Shown here: positions 1-12,429 of the stretch, piece after piece | How the letters are laid out: each line of letters opens with the position of its first letter | Numbering within the stretch: position 1 is the stretch's first letter | Source: Sphyrna mokarran | Lineage: Eukaryota | NCBI GenBank assembly: GCA_024679065.1 | Contig: JAGIQG010000017.1 | Coordinates: forward strand, 39,804,001-39,868,000 | Reading direction: 5' to 3' | DNA length: 64,000 nt | The notes under the pieces: generated by a model | The model's database searches: none | The model's input: only the letters and a program-made list of their open reading frames with translations | Told to the model about the DNA's origin: nothing | Translations under genes and position numbers: made by a program

Positions 1-500
1 GATCTAGAATCACATAGGTCAGACCAGGTAAGGGGCAGCAGATTTCCTTACCGGAAGGACATTAATGAATCAAGTAGGCTTTTCTGACAATCAACAACGG
101 ATTCATGGTCATCAGTCGATTCTTATTTCCAGATTTTTTCATTGAATTCAAATTCCACCAATGGTGGAATTCGAATCCAGGTCCCCAGAACTTTAGCTGA
201 GTTTCTGAATTAAAAGAATCATAGAACCATGCAGTGCAAAAGAGACCCTTCGGCCCATCAAGTCCACACCAACACATTAGAAACATCTGAACTCCCATCT
301 AACCCCATCTGTCAGCACTTGGCCCATAGCCCTGAATGTTATGGTGTTCACCCAGATACTTTTTAAAGGATGTGAGGCAACCTACCTCTACCAACCTTCC
401 AGGCTGTGCATTCCAGACCATCACCACCCTCTGGGTAAAAAGTCCTTCCTCACATCCTCCCTAAACCTCTTGCAATAACATCACTAGGCCATCATCTCCC
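1..500 (-). mobile_element. tRNA-derived SINE (non-HE1 family) interrupted by a CR1 3' end (about 212-471)
   Basis: 1-211 plus 472-500 match the uninterrupted copy at 24835-25067; the insert begins with a CR1-type agaatcatagaa tail. Confidence 0.8.
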
Positions 501-2730
501 CATTTCTTTTATCTTAATCACAAGCTTTAACCAGGCACCAGTTTTATTTTAACTCTTCGGAGAAACCTGGAATAAATTTTGGCTGATTTATGTTCTGCTA
601 ATGTTCAAGATATTCAGTTTCATGACACTTTGTAAATCCAACATGTTCATTTCTTCTGTTTTTACTTCCTAAAATTTTGTGAAAATGTCTTGTCAGAGAC
701 ACCCATGTCCTCCAAATATAAACTTCCAGAATATCATTATTTATAACATAATTCACACTAATTAAAAAGTTTGTATGATAGCAGATGGATATGATAGGGA
801 TAATACACTAATGGAAGAGCTCCATCTGCTACAGTTGACACCTTTACACAAGAAGCAAATACGTAGGCAATGGTGCATTGACAATTACCTTACATAATGT
901 GGAAAGGTCATTTTTTGCCTATTTCTACTGAAAGCATTTTTTTTGTGGCAATGGGAAATTTGTAATACATCACTTGTGCTGCCAAACAAATTTCTGATAA
1001 CAAGCCTCATGAGAAGAAGAAAAAACAAACTAAAAATAGTAATCGCATTAAAATTGAAGAAAACAACAGAAGGCAGAGAAACAGTGACAAGAAAATTCAA
1101 CAAAATTAAAAGGGATATAATAGAGATAAAGAAGAAAGCTGAATAACGAGGAAATGAATCCAGCATATAGATTAACTGGAAAAATCAGCAAATGTACACA
1201 TAGATAGAAAGATCTGTTTAGTACAAAACACTAGTTGGAATTCTCCTATGGCCCCACCAGCATATGGGAAGGCGATAGGGGAAAATTTCATAGGAGTGCA
1301 GAAAATCAGTTTCACACCTATTTCCAGTGGAATTTCCCAAGGGATCTTCTACTGGTGTCCACAATGGTGGATAAGGAAACCCCCTGAAGGCCACTGTGCA
1401 ACTGATTTGCAACTGAATGCAGATGAAAACCCAATCTGAATCTCCAGTCACATCCAACTCTGACACTAGTGGAGAACATATCTAGGTAAAACGCGTCTGG
1501 CCAATGTGGCGTGCAGATGTCAGGACTCCCTGGAACAATGCCTGGAGTTGCTAGAATTCGGGATGGAGGCTGCCAGCAACCCTGGAACACCACGAGAGAG
1601 GGTGGGGGGCAGCAGATTCATTGTCCTGGAGGGGGTCCATTTCCAGCCTCGGAAAGTTCCTGGAGATCTACCTTCTTTCTTAAATATTAGTCAGTGATGT
1701 TGGATAAATTTTCAATATGGCGCCTGGATACAACAGCAGACTACACTCCAGAAGACCTACCCCACCACGGATTGCAGTGCAAAACACCTGGTGGCATAAT
1801 TAATGAGGGTCAGGGTCAGATGATAGGCCCGCTTTCCTGCCAGTTGGGAGAATTCCACATACTGATTATATTTTTAATTATATTTAGCGCATTTTGTATT
1901 TTTTTTTAATTATGAATTCCTGTGCCCATATTATGATGGAAATGCCTATGGAAACTCAACATCCCTTTGAACAATCTAGCCCTGGGTTGCAAATTGTGGT
2001 TTCTAAATTTTCTCAATACTTTTTGAAAATTGATTTCTTCACCACTTTTCCCTGAGCAACTAAAGTTTCAAATCTGCAAAATAACAATGTAGCAAAAGTC
2101 GAGAATTATATATTACAATGACATATAACAACATATACTGCCAATCAGATGATTACATTTATGTGCAGCATTTTCCAGCTCCCTCACAGCATGTTTTTCC
2201 TCAGCGGAGGTGATTTACCATTGGCAGGATCTTCTATTCCTGACGATGTCTACAGTGTTTTATGCAGCTTGCCCATCCCACCACTGGGGAACCTGTGGAA
2301 CCTTGGGGAAGGTTGGGGGAGGGGGGTGGGGGGAGCGAGGTAAGGGTGATCATCTCTGGCGAGACTGGAAGATCCTGCTAAAAGGGAGGTGCAGAAAATC
2401 CTGCCCTATACATTAAATTATCTGCTGTTTAATGCATTAATTTTCATCTGAAAAATTCTGGACTTGGCGTTGATATTCTTGAATTCTGGTAGTGGGAGAT
2501 AGCAAAGTTCCTGGAAAAGCAACAAGAAGTTGAAGAAAAGCCAGCTTTGGTCTATATTGCCATTCCTACCAAGTTCCCATCCATCTTCCAACATGATGGC
2601 AGAAGGTTGAAAAATTTCCTGGCAGAACAACAAGGTCAATATTATTGCTTAGAGCCGTGTATTGTATTGTGCAGTTTAAATATCTAGAACTTACCCTAAT
2701 TTTAGAGAACGCATCACTTTAGTTCAATTA

Positions 2731-2853
2731 AGATGTGGCGATGCCAGTGTTGGACTGGGGTGGGCACAGTAAGAAGTCTCACAACACCAGGTTAAAATCC
2801 AATAGGTTTATTTGATATCACAAGCTTTCAGAGTGCTGCTCCTTCATCAGGTG
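2731..2853 (-). mobile_element. Penelope-like element terminus with minimal hammerhead motif
   Basis: Minus strand CAC-CTGATGA-AGGAGCAGCACTCT-GAAA-GCTT-GTG followed by the repeat also seen at 4820-4900, 12028-12102 and 58786-58955. Confidence 0.75.
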
Positions 2854-2854
2854 A

Positions 2855-2998
2855 AAGAGAGTGTGAGACAGTGTGTGTGAGAGAGAGCGTAATAGTGAGC
2901 GAGTGTGTGAAAGACAGAAAGAGAGAGTGTAATTAAGAGACAGAGAGTGTAAGAGAGATAGAAAGAGAGACTGTGATGGTGAACAAGAGAGAGAGTGT
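2855..2998. repeat. GA/GT-rich degenerate microsatellite
   Basis: gagagagtgt-type runs; resumes at about 3802-3850 after the CR1 insertion. Confidence 0.8.
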
Positions 2999-3800
2999 AA
3001 TGGCAAATGGAGTTTAATGTGGAAAAGTGTGAGGTAATTCACTTTGGCAGGAATAACAAATGTGTAGAGTATAGGGCTAATGGTAGGACTCTTAATAGTG
3101 TTGATGAACAGAGGGATCTTGGTGTATGTGTGCATAGATCCCTGAAAGTTGGCAATCAAGTCGATAAGGTTGTTAAGAAGGCATACGGAGTCTTAGCTTT
3201 TATTGGTAGGGGGATTGAATTTCGGAGCCGCAACGTCATGTTGCAACTGTACAAAACTCTAGTGCGGCCGCACTTGGAGTATTGTGTGCAGTTCTGGTCC
3301 CCGCATTATAAGAAAGATGTGGAGGCATTGGAGAGGGTACAGAGGAGGTTTACCAGGATGTTGCCTGGTATGGAGGGCAGGTCTTATGAAGAGAGGCTGA
3401 GGGATTTGAGGTTGTTTTCATTAGAAAGAAGGCGGCTAAGAGGAGACCTTATTGAAACATATAAGATGATTAGAGGTTTAGATAGGGTGGACAGTGATAG
3501 CCTTTTTCCTAGGATGGAGAAAGCTAGCACGAGGGGACATAGCTTTAAATTAAGGGGTGGTAGTTATAGGACGGATGTCAGAGGTAGGTTCTTTACCCAG
3601 AGGGTGGTAAGGGTATGGAATGCCCTGCCTGCTGCAGTTGTAGATGCGCCAAGTTTGGGGGTGTTTAAGAGGTCCATGGATAGGTTTATGGATGAAAAGG
3701 GAATGGTTTAGGTTAGAGGGTCATTGCTTTTTCTTAATTGGTCGGCGCAACACCGAGGGCTGAAGGGCCTGTTCTGTGCTGTAATGTTCTATGTTCTATG
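2999..3800 (+). mobile_element. Young 5'-truncated CR1 LINE (ORF2 C-terminus intact, 234 aa)
   Basis: ORF 3007..3711 with CR1 motifs LYKTLVRPHLEYCVQFWSP, LERVQRRFTRM, RRLRGDLIETYK; 3' UTR ends in (ttctatg)n. Confidence 0.95.
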
Positions 3801-4214
3801 TAAGCGAGTATGTGAAAGACAGAGAGTGTATTAAGAATGGAAAGAGAGGCTGATGCCAAAGAAACAGAGGGGACTGGATTGGTTGGGGTGAACCAGAAGC
3901 ATATGTATGAGGGAGAAGATTTTCTTTGTCCAATGTTACTTCAATTGTCAGAACAATGAAAAGCTAGCTAATTACATCACTTGCACATCATTGACAGTAA
4001 TGATCTATGCTAATAAATTATACCTACGAGACAAAGATGCTAATTTCAAACAGCTCGACAACATTGTTCAAAAGACAGTTTTTTTCCCCTTCATCCTAAC
4101 TTAGTTTATTAATGTTGAAGTTTGAAGCAAATTTTCTCCAATTTTTACTTGAAGGCTCATGCTGCCTGCATTTGAAGCTGCTGATATTATGACGTTAGTG
4201 GTTATTATTAAATC

Positions 4215-5445
4215 CATTATGAAGGGGAGAGTGATTTCCTCTCAGAGAATAAATATTCAACCAAAGAGAAGCATCTCCCTTTCATAACCTATTAAAAAGA
4301 GTATGTGAGAAATGGTACGGTCTGCCTACAGCAATGTTTTATCTATGGTTTATCGCAAGTTTAAAAGAAAAAAGGGCTATCTTTTCATAATGATACCTCA
4401 TTTTTTTTCCTTAAAGGAAGAGACGTTGTAAAGCTCATGTTTGTAAAATTATAAAAATTGTGTAAGTTGTAAAAATGCTAATAGTTGTAAAATTGTCTGT
4501 TTAATGTTTTTTTAATATACAGAAGAGCTGCAGATGTGCCTAATTGCCAGAATGAAACATTGTATTGAGGGGCAAAAATAATAGGGTTGCTTTGGTAACA
4601 AGCTTTAGCATTTTAATCAGAAAATGTTTTTGAATTTTAACCTATCAATTTAAAATAGGCATTTGAATCAAAACAGCTTATCAAATTTGAATGTGAAGTT
4701 TTGCTAACCTGTCAACCAAACCTAATGTGGAGTTCTTGGTTTGTCATAAGGGATATAAAACCATTCCCAGCTCTAGAAAACTGCCAACAGGTTTATTAGG
4801 TAGAAAATTTATTTTGCTACAAATAAACCTGTTATACTTTAACCTGGTGTTGTGAGAGTTCTTACTGTATTCACCCCAGTCCAACACCAGCATCTCCACG
4901 TTAAAAGAAAGATAGCCACTGTCTTGCCAAAACACTGACACAGCTCTTAGCTAGAGACAGACAGACAGACGACTTTCTGCCAGTGTAACTGCTACATTCA
5001 TGTTTTAAGAAGAAGCCTCATTTCATCTCAGAAGATCACAAGAACAGAAGCAAAGAAGAAAAAAGATTCAGGAAAACTGCAAACCTGATTGACATTTGAG
5101 CGTGACTACAAAAGTTCTATATTTTTTAGTTTGTTAGTAAGTGGGAAATGTAACTATCTAAACAGCATTCTATTAGAATGTTTAATTCAGTTTGTTAATA
5201 ATTTAGTTAACCTGTTTATTGTTAAAGGAATAAAGTGTTACTTGTTTTTTTTAATGAGAGTATCAGGAATTCATTTTGATTTAACCACTAAAAATTGCTG
5301 TATGCAGATTATAACATTTCTTCACATATTCTTCAATAGATTATGAAAGGGAGGGTGATCTCCTTTTCAATACTCTTCAATCGACTCAGAGAGAAGTGAT
5401 TGAGTGTTAGTTCTCTGAGAGGAGATCACTCTCCCCTTCATAACA
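4215..5445. mobile_element. Non-autonomous element with about 100-130 bp terminal inverted repeats
   Basis: Left cattatgaaggggagagtgatttcctctcagagaa...gtatgtgagaaatg is the reverse complement of right catttcttcacatatt...ttctctgagaggagatcactctccccttcataaca. Confidence 0.75.
4820..4900 (+). mobile_element. Penelope-like terminal fragment (no ribozyme core)
   Basis: Reverse-complement match to 2731-2815. Confidence 0.7.
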
Positions 5446-8400
5446 ATAGTCCTCAATGTCCTCAGGGTTGTCAGTGGGAAATAGGCAGAGTTCCCAGAGA
5501 AAATCTACAAGAAATGAAGAGAAGCCAACTTCATTCTCTTTAAAGAAAGAAAATAGGAAAAGAGACTTGGGGAGAACTTGCAGACTCCAGACAGACAGTC
5601 ACCCAAGCCATGAATCGAACCTGGGTCCCTGACGCTGAAATGATTACATCATTTACCTATTGTTTGTGAGCAGTATCTTGGCTGTTAGATTCTTCTCTTT
5701 GACATAAGCATACCAATCATCCAGGAATGAATGGAAACAATAATGTGGATTTGTTATTTTAAGAGCCATAAACCTTTTTTAGAGATAAAACTATATACAG
5801 TTAGCGTTAATTGGAAAAGTAATGTTAGGAAGTAGAGATAGTTAAGTTAAATAATATTTATATTTATGGGTATTAGAAATAAGGTATTGTTTAAGTTTCT
5901 TTTAGATCTCTGCATTTGAATGTTAAAGAAACTGGAGTTTTAGTTTCACTTTCAAAAATTCCTACATTTTAATGAGGTTTTACTATTCTGAATCAAAGAC
6001 CGGGTATAAAATACTGGGCTCTTACCTAGTAACAAAGGGCCACAGAGGAACAGAATGCAGTTTGGGGTTCGATCGGTGATCATGCTTTAAGGTACATGGA
6101 ACAGTTTGGGTATGGAAGGGATGGCTTCCATTTGGTCAACGAGATCTTCTGGTCCCGCTGAAATCAATGACAATTTGTACATGTTCTCCATCCCACCATC
6201 AGGGAAACTATCGCAGAGGATTGACTTTACTGGGAAGGACTGGAAAATGCCACCCCAATTCTTTTTCTAACAGAATACGAAGGGAAATTGAAGAGAGAAG
6301 GCAAACCAATTGATAATTTCAATTATCATCTGACCTAAAGTACTTTGTTTTAGGAGCTTAGCTGCATTCTTCCACCCTTACAGAAAGGTCCCAAAACCAG
6401 GGAGAGGGACAGTAGGAGTCGAAAGGATAGTTTTCTCAGTATCTTCATTGCAATATTACTGTCAGGCCTACTTGTGACACTAATAAATAAATTTCAAACT
6501 TTGGTTAAGAAACCTATGCTGAAATTTCCCAACTGGGATTTGTTAGCAATGGTATGATTTTTATAAACATGTTAAAGAGATTACATTCAATAATATACTT
6601 CACGCAATAACAAATAATGCACTGATTTTCTTTTAATTATTGCCAATTTGTGGCACATGTAGGGAGGACAAGAGTGGGATACAGAGAAGAAATCCTGTTA
6701 GAAGTCCTAAGTCCCATAGCAATATTGCACTTTGCTGGTGGTAGGTACAAGCAATGTCACAATTGAACTTGCATTTTAATCAGAATGCTGTTGAAGTTAC
6801 CAACTTTACTGTACATGGACTACCTCAAAAAAAACTCTTGTTAAAGAGACATTACTGATTGATAGCTAACAGAACACAGGGCAGAGTTTATTAGGATAAG
6901 ATGCTTGATCAAATTTTATACTAAAGACTCATTTTTGGGTGACATTCCTCATTGCTGAGAATTTCTTTTCGAACAACTACCCACAAAGAAAATATGTCGA
7001 TTTCTGTTAGATAATTCCCTGCATTCTCAGTTTGAAGAGAAGGATGTGGATAGTGAGGAAGAACTTATAGGGTTAGCAGGCAGCCTGGAGCCCATTTCAG
7101 TGAAGTTGTTGACTAGCTCCAGTTAAATGAGGGAACTTTGGATGGGATTTTCTGCCTTTCTGTGGCACCTTTGATGGCAGCGTGGTGCTCGCTGGTGGCG
7201 GCATCTTATGGTTCTGTCGCTCTCAACTGGGTTTCTCATTGTGGTGGGATGGTGCACTCTCTGCGGGACTTTATAGATCCTGCCAGCGTAGACTGCAGCA
7301 AGGCGTCATTAATGCACAAATCAACCAAATAAATTCAAGGGAGGAAGAGGTGCCCTGTGGGAAACAAATCTCAGAAATTAATGATTAACTTTTTGGCTTG
7401 TACAAGTGCCTCATCCTCAATGTCCCTGTATATGTTAAAAACCAACTTGATTTAAACAATAATTGGCCACAGATTAAACTTGCCACAGATAATTAGGGCA
7501 CATTCTTAAAGTAAGCACACTTTTAACAATGTAATAATTAATATAATGCTAATCAACCTCCCTAATCCAGAAAGGGAACCACTGATAGTGTGGAATCTCA
7601 TTCATGAATGTTACAAAACATTCTTAGCAATTTTTAGAATTTGAACATAAATAATGTTTTTTTCCCTTTCTGGCACTTTCTTCTCTCAGTCGGAATTGTT
7701 CCTTCTTAATTTCTGTTTCTATACTTGGTTTGACTCTTATTTCTCCTCACTTATGGAAATTTTCACAGTAAATTCATTGCAGTGATTAATGCAAGCCTAC
7801 TTGTAACACTTATAAATAAACTTTAAAACCTCTATCATTCCTCTTTTTAAATTTTAATCACTAAATCTCATTAGTTAAAGAGACGGAATTCTAGTCCCAT
7901 CATTCACAAAGGTCACAGATGTCAAAAAGCACTATAGCTACACCATCAGCAATACCATTATACTTCCAGCAAGTTATAGCACAAATTATATTTGAGCTGA
8001 AGGCTGTAGGATAAACTAATGTAACACATCACTAAACCTCACTCCAGGAAGATTCGGCCCACTAGTTTCAGTCATCATGGTTCTGTTTTATCAATTACAC
8101 CAACTCAAATATTTTGCAAGCAGGCCACCTCAGTCCAAAGCATTCCCAACATGTTCCAACAATGCTAAATAACACAAAAAGGCAAATTAATCTATCAGCC
8201 TTCCTATTGTTCTTTTCATCACTCAGCTACACCTTGATATCTATCATTGTTCAAACCTTTATTTTCTTGTTTGGCTTGGTGTTCTGTCCAAAGCTGGGAT
8301 TTCTAAGGTCAATGCTTGTCAGCAGCATCAGAAGAGAATGAGATGTCATAGATTGTGGTCTGATTTTCCCTTTTCACAAGAAGGTAAAGAGTGGGAAGGC

Positions 8401-8529
8401 AGTCTGCTTATTGTCATAGGAAATCCAGCTCAGGTCAAAAAACATTCCTTTATGGGGTGAATGCAGGTCTAGGAAACAGGATAATACATATTATTAATCT
8501 GCTTCATTGGCATCCTACCTAGCAACTTA

Positions 8530-8880
8530 AACATTCACCATCTACTCACAGTGGTCATATGTACCATTTACTAGATGTACTTCAACTACTTGCCAATCCT
8601 TCAACTGTTTTTCAAAAGCACCTTCCAAACTTACAACCGTTGCTATCTAGGACAAGAGCTAATATGTGGCAATACCTCACCTGCAAGTTCCCCTCCAAAC
8701 CACACCGCTGGCTTGAAAATCACTGCTCCTTCATTGCCACCAGGAATTCCCTACCTAACAGCACTGTGAATGCACCTATACAATATGGACTGCAGCAATT
8801 CAAGGTGGCTCACCATCAGGGGTGAGCAATAAATTGTGATCTTGTCAACAATGAGCATGTCCCATAAGAGATTTAAAAAA
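8530..8880 (+). mobile_element. Degenerate LINE 3' end
   Basis: ggaattccctacctaacagcactgtg...ggactgcagcaattcaaggtggctcacca...gcaataaat...gtcccat; related tail at 24500-24580 (-) and at the end of the SINE at 19133-19450. Confidence 0.6.
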
Positions 8881-9116
8881 AAATCACAAGGAGCTTACAC
8901 TATGTGCCAACCTATTTACATATGGCTGAAGAAACATTTGCACGGAAAGGAAAAGAATATGAACGGCATTATAGTATTTCCCATGCATCAGTGGCAAATT
9001 GTACATAGTAATCAATGGATTGAGACGAAGATGAATGTTTAATACCGTGCAGCGTAACAAAATATATCTCTATTCCAATTCTTTTCTTGCACCTAAACTT
9101 TTGTCTGTTTCCATAG

Positions 9117-9191
9117 CTAACAATTCCCAAAAACATGTCAATAGTCAATCACCAAGGGCTTATAGATTAAGGAGCATCACATCAAGCATAG
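9117..9191 (+). other. Candidate antisense exon (75 nt)
   Basis: Long pyrimidine tract with ctaaac branch-like motif, ccatag acceptor and TAG|gtaacc donor; open in phase 1-1 (NNSQKHVNSQSPRAYRLRSITSSI). Confidence 0.25.
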
Positions 9192-9244
9192 GTAACCAAC
9201 TCTTTCCCACTCTTACTGCATCCATTTGCATATTTGTAAAGATT

Positions 9245-9375
9245 TACAGGTTGACAGATTCAGCCTGCTTGCCTGCCTTATGAACGCATCCTCCTTGATC
9301 ATCAAATCCTGGGGTGGGACTCGAACCCTGAGCTTCTGGCTCAGAGGCAGGAATGCTATTCAATGTCACAAGATC
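9245..9375 (-). mobile_element. Short tRNA-derived SINE
   Basis: Minus-strand B-box GGTTCGAGTCCC; related copy at about 36395-36490. Confidence 0.6.
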
Positions 9376-9689
9376 TTCACAAAGTATATCTACTAAACAT
9401 CTGCCAACATTAAATAACCATGCAGGAATTTGTAGTGGCCACATTCACTGCCAAGGCCACAATGAGGCCTAAATCGTTGTCCCTTTAAGCCTCTTTCTCT
9501 CAATTCCAAGAGGATGGAGCACTTTGCTGGATTTCAGGCAACATTTCAAAAGAAGAGTTGCTAAGTTAGGATTCAGTGAGGAATAAGGGCCTCTGATATT
9601 ATAGAAAACTAAATTATTTTAGGTACTAAAAAGCTGCCACTTTCCTTTCGGCTTCTCTCACCAACTTCCACCCAACCTCTAGTAGCAAT

Positions 9690-10025
9690 GGAAACAAAGA
9701 ACAAAGAACAAAAAACAAAACAGCACGGGAAACAGGCCCTTCGGCCCAATGAGCCCATGCCGCCACCCTGATGTTCCCATCTCTACCCGTAATCCCTGTC
9801 TATGTTTATAAATCTATGCATTGAAACCAAATTTGAGACAATTTAGGGAGAATTTGTTCTGCCAATTAGCCTAAGAGCACATCTTTGTGATGTGGGAGGA
9901 AACCGGAGCACCCGGAGAAAACCCACACAAGCACGGGGAGAATACGCAAACTCGCACAGACACAGGCCCAAATCCATGTTTCTGCACAGCACAGCGATAG
10001 TCACTGAGCTGTCGTGTTGCCCATC
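9690..10025 (-). mobile_element. V-SINE variant with (ttctttg)n tail
   Basis: V-domain (tgtgggaggaaaccggagcacccggagaaaacccacac); 3' part shared with 42857-42983; CpG-rich, so probably young. Confidence 0.8.
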
Positions 10026-11976
10026 AAATGGTCCAGGTCAAGCGTACACTAACGACGTGAAGCACTAGATACTATCAAAAAAAAATCCAAGAGCAGCCCT
10101 CTCACGACCCATCGCGTGTATGCCCCCTTGTTAAACAACAAGGTGGACCAAAGCACCTGTAGAATAAAAACAAGTACATCAATATCATCGTCTATTTACA
10201 CACTTCCCAGGGACTCCCAAGGCTCATGATCCCTATTTTAAATCAGTTTTCTATACCCCTTCTTTCCTATTCCCCATCCTAAATATTTAATTACAGCCCA
10301 CTGAGTTCAACTGCTCAATGTGGGCTAATGAATACAAGTGCGACTAATGTATTCCGATGGGAGAACTCACCAACAGGGAAACCCCATCCCTAAATTTTTT
10401 GATGGAACAATTTATCATTATCTTTTTTAGCAGAATTTTATAACAAGCCACCCTTTCCCTCATCAACCCTTTAAAGTCACTGAGGCACTCGCTTTTGCGC
10501 ATAACTTCCCTCCAAAATAAAATCTATTTACAGCAAACACATCCATCAGCCTTCCCCTGCTAATAAGTTCTTTCACTACAATTGTCAAGTTTGTGCTGCC
10601 AGTGGGGTTTATTCATGTCATTTGGTTTCAATCAGTGTAAGTTACCTTTAACTTATTAAAGGTTAAGTTTTGGTGGCAAACGTTTTAATTTCCATGATTC
10701 CAACTAATGCCCAGCTGAATAGATTAATTTACTCCCAGCAGTAAATGAAAATGCAAAGAAGTCAGTAAATCAATCAACACTTGAATGGAGTGTGCATAAT
10801 TGCTCTGTAGTTACTTTCCAAATACATTCAATAGCTCGTGCATTAAATATCAGCTTCCTCATTTGTTGTATTAAATATTTTATGCTCTAACAATACAGTA
10901 AATATTCATGCGGTAATAAAGAACAAAAACAAATCTTGGCAGATTCTGGCATTTTAATTTTGCAAGGGCAAATATCATTTTTAAAGTCATATCTCTTCAC
11001 TTCTCTTTGCGATGAAGCGCCCCGCCCCCCTCCCCTCATTCTAGCTGAAGCAGCAGCCTCAGATTTCCATCAGCATTGCCCTCAAACTAGACTGACGCGC
11101 TCTCCCCTCTTCTGAAGTGAGTGTCTGGTCTCTTGATTAACTGCTGTCCCGAGCAGCAATGCCGAGAGCTGCGCCCAGCGTGAGGAAGAGAGATTCATGA
11201 CTGCAAACGTGAATTCTACTGCCCTTCTGCCAGCAGATATTTTTAGACTTCATTAAGCGACACACAATTCCGGATATATTTTCACAGCAAACATCATTTC
11301 TTTTTGAAAAAGAGAGAAAGGCTCTGCAGTTTACAGCAGCGCTTACATAATTGCCGGCACAGCATAACATATTCTCTGCTGTTTATATCATGAATTGCAA
11401 AAGGAAACAATTACTTCAGATTTTATCTGATGCTGATGACTCTGATACTGTGTTTGCAAATCAAGCATACGTGTTTCTCATCACTCCATTTCAACATCGT
11501 GACAACGGGCTGCATACATTAGTTCTAATTTTTTTTGCTGTCATGCAATCACCCAGTAAAAATTGAATCAATTTTTAAAAGTTGCCTGGAAAAATAAAAA
11601 TCTGGGCATGCTTTTTTCCAAGATTGATGCTCTTGTATATTATGCTGCTAAATGATCAATTTCAACACACAATGTATTTTACCATTTATTTCCCAATACT
11701 GTGACAAAATATCCAACGGACTCCATGATGGTGCCAAAGTTTCCCACTGGTATAACTCGCTTTGACAAAGGGAAGGGATTTTCGTTAGTTATGTTCAATG
11801 TCCTGCACCAATTTACAAACAAAAATGTGCCTCATTAGCAATAAACTAAGAAGCCACATTTAAAATCCACCCACACTCCACAGATGCTAAGTGGCATCAA
11901 TATGCAGAATTGTGGTGTGTGGCGTACAGGCATCTTAAATTTCTGTCAAGTTGCTACTGACTGTTCATACAAACCA

Positions 11977-12320
11977 GAATCAGGAGTAGGCCATTCAGCC
12001 TTTCCAGCCTAGTCTGCCATTCACTATAAGAAGTCCCACAATACCAGATTAAAGTCCAACAGGTTTATTTGGCATCATGAACTTCTGGAGCGTCGCTCCT
12101 TCTGCACATCATAGCCATTCATTTTGATCATAGCTGATCATCAAATTCAATATCTTGTTCCCTCCCTCCCTCCATATCCCTTAATTCCTTTAGTCCCAAG
12201 AGCTATATCTAGTTTCTTCTTGATACCACACAATGTTATGACCTCAATTACTTTCCGTGCTAGTGAATTCCACACACTCACCACATCTGAGTGAAGAATT
12301 TTCTCCTCACCTCAGCTCTC
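11977..12320 (-). mobile_element. CR1 3' end interrupted by a Penelope-like fragment (12028-12102)
   Basis: Matches the CR1 tails at 18436-18610 and 31177-31695; gccattca flanks the insert on both sides. Confidence 0.75.
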
Positions 12321-12429
12321 AAGCATAATGCATTATTTTTCCATTACAAAATCGTGGCGTTCAAAATTTACAGTCAAACTTGTCATTATAAATATTATTA
12401 AAGTTTCGGGTATTCTAGAACTTTCAAAC

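Noticed and set aside
3007-3711. Longest ORF as a host gene
   Set aside because: It is the CR1 ORF2 C-terminus.
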